Origin: Protoeuglena noctilucae
Taxonomy: Eukaryota
Direction of reading: 5' to 3'
Assembly (NCBI GenBank): GCA_958009085.1
Contig: OY253670.1
Location: forward strand, 310,001 to 374,000
DNA length: 64,000 nt
A program made the position numbers and the translations under genes. Below the pieces are notes generated by a model. The model worked only from the letters and a program-made list of their open reading frames with translations. It was not told the origin of the DNA and did no database searches. Below are positions 50,201 to 63,735 of this stretch, piece after piece. How positions within the stretch are numbered: position 1 is the first letter of the stretch; the number at the start of each line of letters is the position of its first letter.

Positions 50201-53200
50201 GCGCGCCAGGCAACCCCGCATGCACTGCCCCGTGTGCCGCACCCTCATCATACCACGGCGCCCCATCGCCACCCCCCATGCCACCCCCCACGCCACCCAT
50301 ACCACCCATCGCACCCCCCATCGCACCCCCCATCACGCCACCCCCCTGCTCCCCCCACGCGGGCAGCGGGGGCGCGCGTAGGGCCGGCAGCGTCAACAGC
50401 CGGTGCAGATGCTCTGCCGCCGGCCGCAGGGACTCAAACACCGTGCCAAAGAACCGACCCATTGCACTTCGCGTGCGCAACCACTCCCGCTCCGCAGCAG
50501 CTGCCCACGGGCCCTGAGATGCACTTGCAATACCTTCCGCAGCCCCCGATCCCGAATCCGCATCCACCGGCGCCCCCACTGGCGCGGACGGCACTGTTTG
50601 AAATGTCGGCCGCCCACCCCCTCCGCCACCGCCCATCCCCGCATCCCCACCCTCGCCCTTCGGCCCACCCCCGCCGCCACCCCCGCTGCCATCCGCACCC
50701 AATCCCGACCGCGCTCTCTGCCCCCGCCCGCCGTCCTCATTCCCATCACCGCCCTCCTCCCCACCGCGCGCCTTGCGCTTGCGACCCACTCCCTCGCCCG
50801 CGCCATGCCCCACGCTGGTACTAACAACCCCATCTCGCACGGTTGCCGTCCCCTCTGCCCCCATCGCCCCCGCTGCACCCTCCCCACCGCTCACCTCCCG
50901 ACCCACGCCCACCGCACCACCCTCCCCACCCTTCCCCTCCCCACCCTTTTCGTCTCCACCCTCTCCGCTCCCCACCGCCGCCCCGTCGCTGCTGACGATC
51001 GGAATGACCAGGGACCCGCCTTTCCCGCCCCTCTTCGCGCCGCAGAGCGCGACCAGCAAGTGGCGATAGGACACGTCGCCGTCCTGGGCCTGCGTTTGGT
51101 TGAAGTGAAGTGAGTTACTACTGTTGTTCCACAGGGAGTATGTGCTGTGTCAGACAATGGCAGAGTGGCCAAGCTCAACCCAGTACCCCTCTCTTTGCAC
51201 CACCGCTCATCACCCACCCTCCCCCACTCACCTCACCCCCACCCTCACCCACCACCTCCTCCCATCACCCACAATCGCTCACCTCCCACCACCCCCCACC
51301 ACTCACCTCACCGCCCCCCTCCCCCACCACCTCCGCCCTCGCGTACTCCGCCACCTCTTTCATATCACTCCACCGCACCACGGGAGAGACCCCCTGGCCC
51401 CATCGGAAGCACTGGGCCCAGGTAGTGCCTGGGAGGCCGTCCCTGGTCATCTGGGGACGCGAGGGAGGTGAAAGGGAGATGAAGAAGGCAATACAGTCAT
51501 GTCCAAATGTCGATTAGTAAGTATAATCACTCTCCCTCTCACCCTCACCCTCTCTGCTATCGTCACCCTTGCCTAGCACTCTCCCACTCACTCTCACTCC
51601 CATATCACCCACCACTGTCCCCTTCCATCTCACCTGGAACAGCGACGCGTACGTGTCGGCAGGCAGACCCGCCTCCTCGCACCAGGCGACGAACCACCGC
51701 ACATCCGCACGCGCCTGGAGTGCCACCACGCCATCCGCGCCCTGGGGAGGGGAAACGAGGTGATGAGAGTCGGGTTTCTAACCACAGCATCTAGTCGATC
51801 GAAAACCAGTGGAACCAAACGACGCATTCGGCACGCAGGGTTAGCGCGGGTGCACGGTTCGAATTGCGGGGAGGTGATCAACAAAGCAGGCAAGTGATTT
51901 TGAATCGCAGCCAATTGATTCAACTCATACAGATCACAGTCCCTCACCTGTCCCTGCCCCTGCCCCAGCAGCGTGAGCATGTGATTTGAATCACACCCCT
52001 CTCCCACCTGTCCCTGCCCCGGCCCCAGCAATGTGAGGAAGGCGTCGGCGTGGGCCGCGGGCTGCCACGCGTAGTCATCCCCAAAGGTCAGCGACGACCA
52101 CAGGCGGTGGATGAGAGGGGGCATGGTGCCCGGGTCACGCTGCGGGGGGTGGGGTATTGCAGTGGTGAGGAGTGGAAAGAGTGGGGCGCACACAACCCCT
52201 GCAACAGCCACCCCATCCCATCCCAACCCAACCTGTCTCATCACCATAATATCATGACCCGCACTCTTAGGTGTTTCACCTTGAGATGCGCGACGCGGAG
52301 GGTCTCTACGGTCGCAGGGATTGCCCCGGGAGCCATCGCTCCCTGCACCGCCGCTGCAGCAACACCGCCATCCGCCCCCCGCACCTCCCCAGTACCCACG
52401 CCCGCCACCATTGCACCCACACCACCCTGCCCGTCCTCTCCCACTTTCCTCTCCACCCCGCCCCTTCCAGACCCCTCCACCACCCCGCTTCCCTCCCCCG
52501 CACCCACCCTCACCCCCCCCATCGTCACCGCAGCCGCCGCCGTTAAACTCTCCATCGCCCCGCCCGCCCCCACCGCCGCCCCGACATCTAACAATTCCCT
52601 AACATCCCCCTTCTCCAACAAAGCACGTTCCCCGTCCACCCCCACCTCACGCACGCCGATACCACCCCGCCCCACCCCGCCCCCCGCCCGCTCCCCCCTC
52701 CCCAGCACACCCGCACCCGGCCCTTCCCTTGCACCCGGCGGCACCTCCTGCTCATCCGCAGCGACATGCGGGCCAGCGGTGCCTTTGACATGAGGCGGCT
52801 TGCGGCCCTGGTGACCCCCCGTGTGGCGCACCGCCCCGTGCAACCCCCCCGCCACATGCTTGGCTGGGGGCGTGTGCCGCGGCGCCGCTTCCGTTGCGAC
52901 AGCGACCGGTGCGGGCCCAGCACTACTCGGGCCGGGGCCGGGGCGGGCAGCAGCAGTGTCGCTCGCTGGCACGGCCACCCCCGCCAGCATCTGCGACCCT
53001 CCTGCACCCGCACGCACCCCAGCCGGCCCCTGCGCCCCGCTAACAGCAGCCTGCGCCCCGCCCGCCGCATTTCCCCGTGCCGCCGCACCCGCACCACCCC
53101 CCCGCTCGGCCGTTTGGCCTGCCACCGCGCCACCAGACCCCGGCGCACTCCCAGCCCCTGCCTGCCCCTCAACACCTCCCGGCAATGACGCAGCGGCAGC

Positions 53201-55051
53201 GTTACCCCCCACCTGCTGCGCTCCCCACCCCGCACCCGCCCCCGCCCCCACCATCCCCAGCACTTGCTGTGCCCACGGCCCCAGCCCACCCCCACCCGCA
53301 GCCTCTGTGACCGCCTGATCTCCGCCTGCACCCGGCCCGGCACCCCCCCACCTCGCGTCCGCAGGCATCCACCCCCCTTTCTGCATGGCATGCACCGCCA
53401 TCATTTGCTCCAATTGTTCGACCATTCGCTGCGAGCGCGCGACTGCCTCGTGCATCTCCCTGTCCCTCCTGTTAAGTTCCTCGACCAGCGCTTGGATCTG
53501 CTTCTGCGCTGGGTCGTCCTGTTTGGCTGCTGCCGATGGGGGTGACAGGCCCGGGGGCGATAGGGGCAAGAGCTCCAGGCTGTTGTTGGGCAGCCGACGC
53601 AGCACCCGCTGCGCACCGGACTCGTCTGGGGGGAAATTGGAGAGAAAAGAGAAAGTTTGAGATTTAAGAAAGATTGTTCATGCGACGCGCTAGTACCCCA
53701 CATCTCCGCACCATCGGCAGCAGTCCCGTGCGTACCGCCACCTCACATCACCGCACCCGCCCATGCCACTCACTCCCCCACATCCACCCCATGCCTCATG
53801 TCTCACCCGTGTAGAATATCTCCTGTGGGTCCGCAACCTGGTCCCCATCCATGTACCGCCTCCCAAAGACATAACGCTCGTATCCCGCCTCCACCCTCCT
53901 CAGCGTTGACAGCGCCACGATGACCATGGGTACTAACGACCACTGGAGTTTCGAATCGGGGGGCTTGTACTCTGCAAAAAACATGGTGGGTAATCTGGGT
54001 CAAACGGCTGCTGCTTGTGGCAGCGTGCATTGTGCTGGACGGTGCGGAAGTGTAACGGAGTGGGCAGGGGCGAGGCGGGCTGAATGACTTGTCGAGAAAA
54101 CAAGGTACGTCGCTGCAGCCGGTTGAGACCAGGCAATAATGGCGTATGACAGACCCACTGTCACTAACACATGCACAGGCACACGCACCGGTCATGTTGA
54201 TGGGGGCCACGTCGACGTGATCCAAATCCAGAAGGTATCGGTCGGCGTTGATGCGCGCGGCCGGCAGGTAGATGTGCGGCGTTTCGTCCGTGGCGGCGGG
54301 GACGAGAGCAAGCCGGCTGCTGGTGCCTTTCCAAAGAGACATCCCACCGAAGACCAACCTGAGAGGCAAGGCACGGTCCCGCGGGTCGGCCGCGGCTGTG
54401 CCGGAATCGAGGAGAGAACGCGCGGAATTGCGAGGTTTCATCGGCAAGGTCGGCCGGGCGCGGCAGGCTGCGGTGGATGCGCGGCGCAGCGCCCTGCACG
54501 AGGGTACCAGACGGCGAGGGGCAATGCGGGCCAGGCGGCGCGCTCCAGATTCGGGGCGCGATCGCGCCGATCGCGAGGCGTCTCCGAATGGTCACGCGCG
54601 GCGCTCACTTGTGCTTCGCGAAGACGATGATGGGCGAGACGACCGTGCATTCCCCGTCGTTCCGCTGGTGCTCCCCGACGATCACGCGGTGCCCCTTGGC
54701 CTCCCGCAGGACCTGCGCCGCGCAAGAGTCGGACAGGGTGGAACGGAGGCGGGCAGAGCGCGCTGCGCCGCCGTGGAGGGCGCCGGCCGCTTTGAGTGGC
54801 CGCCTCGCTTCCCACGACTGTCATATGTTGCGGGGCGCCGTCACCGCCGGGGGCGAGGCCGGCGCAGTCCGCATGTTAGATCAGGCGATATGACCTGCGA
54901 CAAACGCAGAGCGGAGGCCTCGGCCTACCTGGGCAAGGTAGGCCAGGTGACAGGGATTGGCGAGGTCGAACGGGACATCGGAGCCCTCTCCCCCGCTGCT
55001 CGGAACCCTCTGTCCCGGCCCTCCGGAAAGTGGCACGCTCAGATGGTCCAT
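47232..55051 (-). CDS. Large (~1900 aa) uncharacterised protein, ~11 exons, with globular segments separated by Gly/Ala- and Gln-rich tracts
   Basis: In-frame exon chain MDHLSVP...LAYLAQ|VLREAKG...AKHK|LVFGGMSLW...|EYKPPDSK..., long open exons 53625-52262 and 51090-48420, and a final exon ARYWADQL...LHDDG. No family recognised with confidence; the 3' end may extend by one more intron. Confidence 0.7.
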
Positions 55052-55441
55052 GGTGAGCGGGCCACGGGGAGACTGGAGACCGGGAGACGACGCCGCGCCC
55101 CGGGGCGGGCGGCCGGGCCCCGAGGAGCTCCACAGCGCAAGAACCAGGTCCTTGGCGCCTGCCTCTCGCGGGTACCTTGCTCTAGGCGCTCAGGCGGGCT
55201 AAGTCACCGCCCGTTCACGCGACGGGCGCCAGGCCCGCGACGCTCGGTAAATAAGACAGCTTTATCGCCTCCCGAGCCTCCCGTCTGCATGCGAGGCTTT
55301 AAGTGAGACTCTGTTTCTGACTTCATGTGTCTGACCCCGCCTTTTCTCCGTCCTCCCGGGGATCCTGGGGTCTAAGTCAGCGCCAAACGGACCCCAACAA
55401 CCAGATCCCGCTCCTGGGAGGGACGTTGGACGGGAGCGGCG

Positions 55442-58400
55442 ATGGGCCACCTTGCCCTCGCCGTCCTCCTCCTCGCGGGGGGCGCGGGGCTGCTCAGGAG
55501 CCTGGCTCATGCGGCGCCCGTGGTTTTCCCCTATCGTCATTCGGACACGAGTGATTTGCCCGCGGGACACGCTCGCCGGCTGCTGGATGACGCCGTGATC
55601 CTGCCCGTCCACGGCTCCCTCCGCGACGTGAGTCCCGCCAGCCGATTTCCCCGTGGAACGCGCCGAGGTTTACGTAATCTTTGTCTTCGTGTCCCTATTA
55701 CCCGGTGCGCCCTCCTCAGGAGCTAGCAAAGGCTCGCAAAAGTGGCACACTTAATGGGTCCGCAGCGCCTCCTCCGCGCACCGTCTCTCCCCTTGCCGCG
55801 CTCCGCAGTACGGCTACTACTTTACCGAGTACCAGGTCGGCACTCCGCCGCAAACCTTTCAGCCGGTGCTCGATACGGGATCGACGTGAGTTGCGGGGGC
55901 CGGGTGTCGCTCTCGCGCGTTTTGGAAGCCGCCCCGCTCGCATCAAAATTCTCTTTACCTTCCGCACGTATAAGTTGGTTGGGCCCAAGTCGCCCCTGAT
56001 CACATCAAGTGAAGAATGTGGACGCTTTGTTCCTCTCCGCAGCATCACTTACTTCCCCTGCTACACCTGCGGAAGTCAGTGCGGGAGCCACCTGGACCGG
56101 CCCTACGACTACACGAAGTCCTCCACAGCGTCGGTCGTCCAGTGCCGTGACAAGAACTGCTTCTGTGACACTGCCTCGTGTTGCGCAGCGGACAGCGTGA
56201 GTTTTTAGGGGCGTAGGGATGCATGACGCCCGCCGCCCGCTGCCTGCTCCCGCCACTGTAGACGATCGCTTCCGTTGCGTTGGTCGTCGCGCAGACGTGT
56301 AGCTTCTCGAGGATGTACGCCGAGGGGTCAAGTGCCAGAGGCATCATGGTACAGGACGTGCTGCACCTGGGCCCAGACCTGCAGGCCCCCGTGTCGATCG
56401 GGTGCACGACGTCGGAGACGTTCATGATCCGCAGCCAGAAGGCCGGTGAGCGGGCCAGTTGATCGTGGTATATGCACAGCGCACCGTGGTGCAGGGCGCA
56501 GGGCCGCACACCCGTCGTCGACTGTTTGTGGGTGTGTGTCGTGGATGTTGCTACAGTCTAGTACACTGGTTGATTTCATTCAGCACCTTTGCAGACGGCG
56601 TCTCTGGGCTGGGCTGGGCCGACGCGGCCCTCAACATGCAGCTGAGGGACATCACGGGAGGCGTGCACGGGGTGTGCTTGGGGGACGTCCTCGGTGGCGG
56701 CGCCCTCGTCTTCGGCCGCGTCGACCGACAGCAGGTGCGCTTGCATGGGATGGGCACTTGGTTGCACCGTTGGTGCTACCAGTGGTGCATTGGATGCAAG
56801 CGTTCGTGAGAGGCGAGATTCGACGTTATCTCGCGTATCTCTGCTATCATCCATGGCACATCCCGTCCACGCCCCCGCCCCCATCTTGCTGCCACACGAC
56901 GCACCTCGCGCACACCCTACTGAGCACCCACTAAGACACAGGCTCACCCTTACCCCCGCAGCTCCCAGTGGACGTGACCATCCCGCTTGTCCGCAAACCC
57001 TCCGTGTACCGCCAGTTCTTTACTGGGGAGCTGAAGGCCCTGCGCTTTGGGTCCGACGCGTGGCTGACGTCGACCGGCTACAACGCGACGTACGGCACGC
57101 TGTTTGACACGGGGAGCACCGCATCCGAAGTGCCCGCGGACGTCTACTCGAAGATGCTCGCGCAGATCCGCAACGCCCTGCCGAGCGTCGTCAAGCGCAC
57201 CGAGGTGAGGGGCTACCCTTCACGCCGCCCTTGCACTGCTGCACCGTCACGCTGTGCACGCCGCTGCAGGCTGGTCTTAAGATGCCTGTGCGCCGCTGCC
57301 GCTGCCGCTGCTTTGGGACAATCTGCCCAGCTGTGATCATCGCAAACTCTGTTACAGTTATTTCCACTCATCCTGGTTGCGTGCAGAACAAGGGTTTCTA
57401 CGGTGACGACGTGTGCTGGAGCATCAATAGCATCGACCCGGCCGTGGTCAAAGCCAAGGGTTTCCCTGACTTACAGCTGCAGTTCAAGAACGACCAAGTG
57501 CTGCAGCTCACGCCCTTGAACTATCTGTGGCTCCTCGCGGGGCCCTCGGACCCTGGCAACTGGTGCTTCGGGTGAGTTGCACTCCTTGCATCGAAAGTGT
57601 GCCTATCCACCAATCTGCCAGCGATCGGCGCCGCGATTGTAGCCAGAGCCTTGTCGCTACCGACCCGCAGGTTCTACCCCGGCAGCGCCGCCATCATCGG
57701 CGCTGTGTCGATGCGGGAGCTCTATGTGGAGTTCGACACGGCAGCGGGGGTCATTAACATGTCCTACACACACTGCACGGCCGACGGACCGCAGCCGAGG
57801 AACGGGCCGGTGAGACGCTGCTGCTTGTGTTAGGGGCCGGTGAGATGCTCAAACACTGGGTGGGTGCGCTGCTGAGTACACAGAAGCACTGGTGAGCTGT
57901 TCCCAGTAGATTACTGCAAGTCCCTGTGTGCTCGGCCCTCAGTCTCTCCTTCACACAAACACCCATCCGCCCTGTCTCGCAGGTCCCCACCAAGGCACCC
58001 ACCCCTACACCCTCCCCTACAACCTCCCCTACAACACCCACCCCAGCCCCAACCACGGCCCCGACGCCAAACCCCACCGCAGTGCCGACGCCGCCGTCGA
58101 CGCCCTCACCGCAAACACCCTCTCCCACTTCCACTCCCTTACCGCAACCGACAGCCGCACCCACGGCCCCACCGCCAGCCACGCCGGGCCCCAGCCCTGG
58201 CGGACCGACCCTGACCCCGCAGCCCCGCCGCAAATTCGGTGCTTTCCTCGCCGGGGCGCTGGTCCTCGCCCTCGGCTCCCTGTCTGCCGGTGAGTCACGC
58301 ACCAGTTATTGCAGTGGTGGGTGCACCATGCCGTGCTTTGGGTGTGAGCCGGGAAGGTCACATACACCATAGCTAGTTGATGCACCGCCATCGCCCCGCA

Positions 58401-59073
58401 CCCGTGTCGGCTGGAGTTCTTCCAACTTGGCCCCTCTCTCGTTGCTTGTCACTCCTGCAGGCGTCTTCGTCATCTACCGAGGCTTCCCTGGCCCCTGGGC
58501 GCCCCGCCCCGGCCAGCCCGGCCCTCGGTACGGATACACCGGCCTCGCAGACGCCGCGTGAGTGGCCAAAGGGACTTGCAGCGTGGATTTGACGCTTTCA
58601 AATGCACAATGGTACACACAACGCGTGTCATACGTCCCTTGGGCTCTGGCTCCCTAGCAAGCTCGCCTAGTCACATTCACAATCACTATCACTGCATTCG
58701 CCTCCTCCTCCATTGCAGCCCCGAGACGGCTTTGGATGCGGAGACCGCGTACGCTGCGATGCCTGGGCCCGGGGCTGGGGGGACCAGCGGGGGGCCGTGG
58801 CTGCCAATGACCCCGACGACCACGCAGGGCGCGAGTGCGGGTGTGGGTGGTGGTGTGGGTGGTGGTGTAGGTGTGGGTGGTGGTGCGGGTGCGGGTGCGG
58901 GGCAGGGAGGTGCTTTCCCAATGCAGGGGAGTCCTTTCCCAATGGTGAGCCCCCCAACGGGCAGGGATGCGGGGGCGGTTGCGGGGCAGGGAGGGGCGCA
59001 GGGTGGGGCGGGGAGCGGGGCGGGGGCGGCGGGCGGGGAAAGGGGAGGTTTTGGGGGAGGTGGGGGGTCGTAA
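55442..59073 (+). CDS. Type-I membrane aspartic protease (A1 pepsin-like) with Pro/Thr-rich stalk, TM helix and Gly-rich tail; ~11 exons
   Basis: Signal peptide; YGYYFTEYQVGTPPQTFQPVLDTGS; MYAEGSSARG; second catalytic motif TLFDTGST; IIGAVSMRELYVEFD; PT-rich linker 57983-58220; FGAFLAGALVLALGSLSAG|VFVIY. An alternative stop lies at 58561 if the last intron is unspliced. Confidence 0.9.
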
Positions 59074-59459
59074 GGCCGGGCGGATTGAGTGCACGTGATG
59101 TGACTGGGAGCATGGGCCTTGCTTGGCTCGGCGTCACTCGTTTGGCATCAATGGATCGACTTAGTCGACTTGTTCTTGTCTATCTACCTTATGCTGTATC
59201 TTACACTGCTGTTCCTATCCTACTCATGGGGACGACCCGTGATAATTGCGCGTCTGCACAAGAGAGCCCTTCCATCTGCATCTGCGTTCCAACCTTCAAA
59301 TAAACGAACATCTGAAAATAACAGCCACCTACAGTGCTGTAGTTGACACCTGCGCCTGTGCGCGATGCAGAACGCAGTAGAATGTAAAAGGCACGCGGTG
59401 TGCTTGGCGAACGTTCAACAAACGACACCCCAGCGTGCGTGCGCCATCTAGTGCCAACA

Positions 59460-61826
59460 CTACTCCTTCTGTTGGATCTGCCCCAGCAGCTTGAGCGTGG
59501 CTTCGTAGACCATAAACGTGATGGCGGAGTTGGGAGCCGTTTTGGCCAAATAGGGCACCATGCCTCGGTAAAACCCCCGCAGACCCTCCCGCTGGAATGT
59601 GGTGGCGGCCGCCTGCGCTAGGCCCACGTACTGAACTGCACGGCCATCCTGACGCTGCTGCAGCCTGCGGGGGTGAGGGTGGGAGTGGGGGTGAGGGTGA
59701 GGGTAGCAGTGAGGGTGGGGGTGCAGGTGACGGTAGCACTGGGGGCGAGGGTGGGAGTAGGGGTGGCAGTGAGGGTGGCAGTGGGGGCGAGGGTGGGAGT
59801 GGGGGTGAGGGTGAGGGTAGCAGTGAGGGTGGGGGTGCAGGTGACGGTAGCACTGGGGGCGAGGGTAGCTGTGGGGGTGGCAGTGAGGGTGAGGGTGAGG
59901 ACGAGGGTGAGGGTGAGGGTGAGGGTGGCAGTGAGGGTGAGGGTCGAGGTAGCAGTGAGGGTGAGGGCGAGAGTGGGGGTAGCATGGAGCGTACAGGTAG
60001 CAGTGAGGGTGAGGGTGAGAGGTCACGTACAGTTCTATCACCACACCAACAGAGCCTCACCTGGACTTGATGACCTGGGTGGGATACGTGATCATCCCCG
60101 CGATGATCTTGCTGGCCGCTCCACAACTCGACGCCTCCCCCGCCGTGAGACCCCGCGTCTGCGATGTCCCGGAGGGGTCGCCCTTTCGCGCCCACGCCAG
60201 CACCAGGTCCTTCAGCTCCTCGTACACTGCGGCGGTGCGATGGGAGAAGCAATGATGTATGAATATTTAATGGGAGTATGATGTTACATTGAGGAGCATG
60301 CCAGGGTGTTTCAGGTCCCTTGTACACTGCGACGGTGCGATGAGAGAAATAGCAAAAAAAGTGGGAAGCATGTAGAGAGAATATGATATGGATTTCACTT
60401 ATTGATTACTTACGCCGTGTGAACTGAAATTGCGCTTGAGTGGGCAGCCATGGCACAGCATCAATCCTCTCTCACCCATCAGCTGAATGGCCCCGTTGGA
60501 GAGCAGCAGCAGGGCCGGGCCCAGACCCCGGTAGAACCCTCGGATGCCCTGCGGGTGAGACAGATGGGAATCCATGGCGTCGCAGCCACATCACAGGGTC
60601 TCAGCCACGCACAGTATCCCGGGCTGTGACCTCAACAGGCGAGCTCACGACCTGCCCGCGATGCACCGGCCACCCAAGCCCACGCCTCGCAGCTGCCCAC
60701 GCCCCCATGCAAGCATCCACGCCTGCCTAGCGCCCTCGCCTCGGTGCGTGCGATGGTGCGTATGGCATCCCACGCCCCCACGTAGACGTGCCCCCCCGAC
60801 GCCTGGTGAGCCGCCCGCAGCGCCCCGTGCGGCTGCAGCTGCATCCGCGTCTTTACCACCCACAGAGGATTGAGCGTCAGCTGCACCACCAGCCCCGCCT
60901 GCACCCACGGCCGCGAGTTGTGCATGTCGCAACCATGGCAGTGGGCGGTGTGTGATGCAAGGCACAAGAGAGACGGGATGTTAGGTGTTCCAGGATGGGA
61001 TAGGTACCAAGGATGCAAGGGTGCAAGACAGGCACGCGAGTGTCAGTCCACCATCACCACAACACACGGCGCCACAGCCCCTACCCAGCCCACACATAGC
61101 TGCCACTGCCCACCTCCAATGCCGCCAGCATGTTTGAGATGGGCGACAGCTTCCGATTCGCATCCCCCTCCCCCCGATGCCTGCCCTTGGCCCAACTGTA
61201 GCTCTGCAGGTAAATGCCCCACGCCAGACCCGTGCTGATCTGCAGAGGCGATAGATGCGGAGAGAACGTGAACACCTTATCCATCCAAAGAGCAAGCGAG
61301 CCTCTCGGCCCTGGTCTTGCTGCAACGTGCCATACCAGCACCGGAGTCGCCATATGAGCACCACATACAACGACGCCGGACGTCGATCCTAGGTAGCAGC
61401 TCGGCCCCGCGTCTCACCAAAGCAGGCGCGAGGCCTGAGTAAAGCCCGCGGACCCCTTCTAAGCGGACGGTGCGCATGGCAGCGTCGCGAAAGCCCTGGT
61501 ACATGGGGAGGGGCCCTCCCCCGCCATCCTGCACCTGAAGCCGCGTCTTTATGACATCCAACGGATGCAGCAAAAGCACCTGCGGAAGAGGCACGCGGAG
61601 CGGTGGTCAGTCGGCGCGGCTCGCGCGCCATCGCGAGAGACAGGGCCGGGCAAGCACAGGGCGCGTGGTTGCGAAGGACCTAGCGCAAAGCCATCGCGGA
61701 CGTCGCGCGTGCCTGTGCGAGTCCGGCGGTGAATCCGGCGATGGCGTGCTGCAAATCCCACGATTCGAATGAGATGAAGCGTGCGGGGAAGCGGTCTTGT
61801 GTTACGCCGGCCTGGCTCGACGTCAT
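59460..61826 (-). CDS. Mitochondrial-carrier-family protein, folate/FAD carrier type (FOLT1/SLC25A32-like); 7 exons
   Basis: Three carrier signatures HPLDVIKTRLQ, NPLWVVKTRMQ and YPTQVIKS|RLQ, plus EGVRGLYSG, GIRGFYRG and EGLRGFYRG; HAIAGFTAG and GAIQLMVYEELK fit the folate-carrier clade. Confidence 0.88.
59670..60020. repeat. (GAGGGT/GGCAGT)n hexamer-based intronic repeat with a ~78-bp block duplicated 114 bp apart
   Basis: gagggtagcagtgagggtgggggtgcaggtgacggtagcactgggggcgagggt at ~59699 and ~59813. Confidence 0.85.
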
Positions 61827-62400
61827 GGGCGCGGAGATGGAGGCGAACGTCGGGACTCTGAACCTCCCACCACGTCGAGACACGGGGCCTGCGGCGGGAG
61901 GGCGGGAGTGGCGCCCAGCTCGGCGCGGCGCATGGCTCGGTGTTGCGGGCACGGAGGGGGCGCTCGCGCTTCGGCTGCGCCACCTAATCCCCTCCGCGGC
62001 CTCGCTACGATGGGTTTGGACGTCACATTCATGAGCGAACCCGTCGGCCCCGGCTGCAGAGCCTCAGATGCGTGCGGGGGGCAAGAGAAAGCGAGCATAG
62101 CCCAGATGCGCGCTTGCCCCAACGCTAGGCTCCCTCGCAAGCTTGCCGATCCCACTGGTGTCCCGTCGAGATAATGAATCGACTGGACTTTTCATCCAAG
62201 CCGTTTTCCTGCGACTCACCGGCACGCCTGCGCAGGAAACTTAGTTCGTTTAGCGCTGTCCAGCCACCGAAGCTGGCCCATTGTTCACCAGCAAGACGTG
62301 GACCAGTTGGAGTGTCGATAGCGGCCACCTTTGTCCTCCATCGCAAGCGGCTCGGGGGAGAGGGAGCGCGTCAAGAAGGGTCGCACACGATTCCGCGCTG

Positions 62401-63451
62401 ATGGCGCAGGAAGCGGCGGCGGGCGCAAAGCCCACGCTCGCCGCTCTCGTCCAGCAGGCGCTGCAGGTGCTGGCAACGCGGAGCCGCGACGCCACCGTGG
62501 CTTCTGCCTTGCGTCGCTTTCTCTGCACCCCGCGCCGAGTGCGCTGGCTCCAGACGGCCTCGTGGCTCATGGTCCCTGACTCTGTGCGCGCAGAATCAGG
62601 GCGGTGTGAAGGAAAAGGGCAGCGAACGACAGCGCCTCTTCGACTTTGCGCCCGAGAACGTCAGCAAGGATGTGAGGGACGGCGCGTGATTGTCATTCGC
62701 TTTTGACACCCTAGCGCGCCTCTAACGCTGGCTCTCTTGCGTCTGCAGGACTCGGAGTACGCGAAGCTGCTGCAGGCGATTGAGGAGGGGCATGGCGCGA
62801 GGAAGGTTCACTACATCCACGCGCGCGGGGCCATGGACCGCGGCGACTTGGGGTGGATGAGTGAGCTTCAGGAGCGCCAGGCGCACGGTGAGCTCGCGGC
62901 CGTGGAGAAAGAGAAGCGGCTCTTCAAGAAGCTCAAGCAGCAGTCGGTCGTGGAGGCCCCAGCCGCGGTGAGCTGCGCGCCGCTGAAGCCGCCCTGCGAT
63001 CACGATTCGCTACTCTATAGATACGTCTTGCCGCACAGGAGAAAAAGGGGCGCAGAACTGTCCCACGTCCTTCGCTGCTGTGCCTGAAAATCTTCTGCAC
63101 CCTCCCGCGCCGCAGGTGGACCCTCCCGGCCCGTCTCCTGCCGCGCTATCTCTTTTAGCTGGCAAGAAGGAGACGAGGAAGCGGGCGGCGGTGAAGATGG
63201 TGAAGAAGAGGGGCGCAGAGGCGGAGGGGACCGGGGCAGGGGATGAGGAGGGTGTCTCCGCGGTTAGCGGGGATCAAAGGGGCGTAAGCGGAAGCGTGGG
63301 GGACAGCAGGGAAGAAGGGAGCGGGGAGCGCGCGAGGAAGCGCAGCCGGGGAGGCGACGAGGAGGCAAGTGCGGGCAGCGAGGGCGATGGGGCGGGGGTG
63401 GGGGGGCTGGGGGGTTTGTTGGGGAACTACGGGAGCGACGAAGAAGACTGA
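62401..63451 (+). CDS. Small nuclear coiled-coil protein, possibly FAM192A/NIP30-like; 3 exons
   Basis: KPTLAALVQQALQ|DSEYAK...RGAMDRGDLGWMSELQERQ...EKEKRLFKKLKQ, basic patches, and C-terminal LGGLLGNYGSDEED. The family call rests on weak resemblance. Confidence 0.5.
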
Positions 63452-63735
63452 CGGGAGCGTACGGACAATGCATGGCAGTTGAGGGTCCTTACTTGAGGCA
63501 TTGGGGGTTGCGGGGCCCATGTTAATGGCCTCGCAACGTACAGATTACACCGCATGTCCATCCTTGTCGCCCACTCGTCCCAGCATTTGAAACGGACATC
63601 TAGACACAACATCCATTGGGCTTTCTCACCCAGTCCAGCCCTACAGTGCCGGGGCACATGCCATCCAGTGCTGCAGTCAGGTCACAGACCAGCTTCTCAC
63701 TCACAAGATCCCCTTGAATTCAAATATTGTCTCCC

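Noticed and set aside
48877..50824. Long overlapping or antisense ORFs (e.g. 643 aa on +) here and throughout the ORF track
   Set aside because: Arg/Pro/Ala-rich shadow frames expected at high GC opposite real exons
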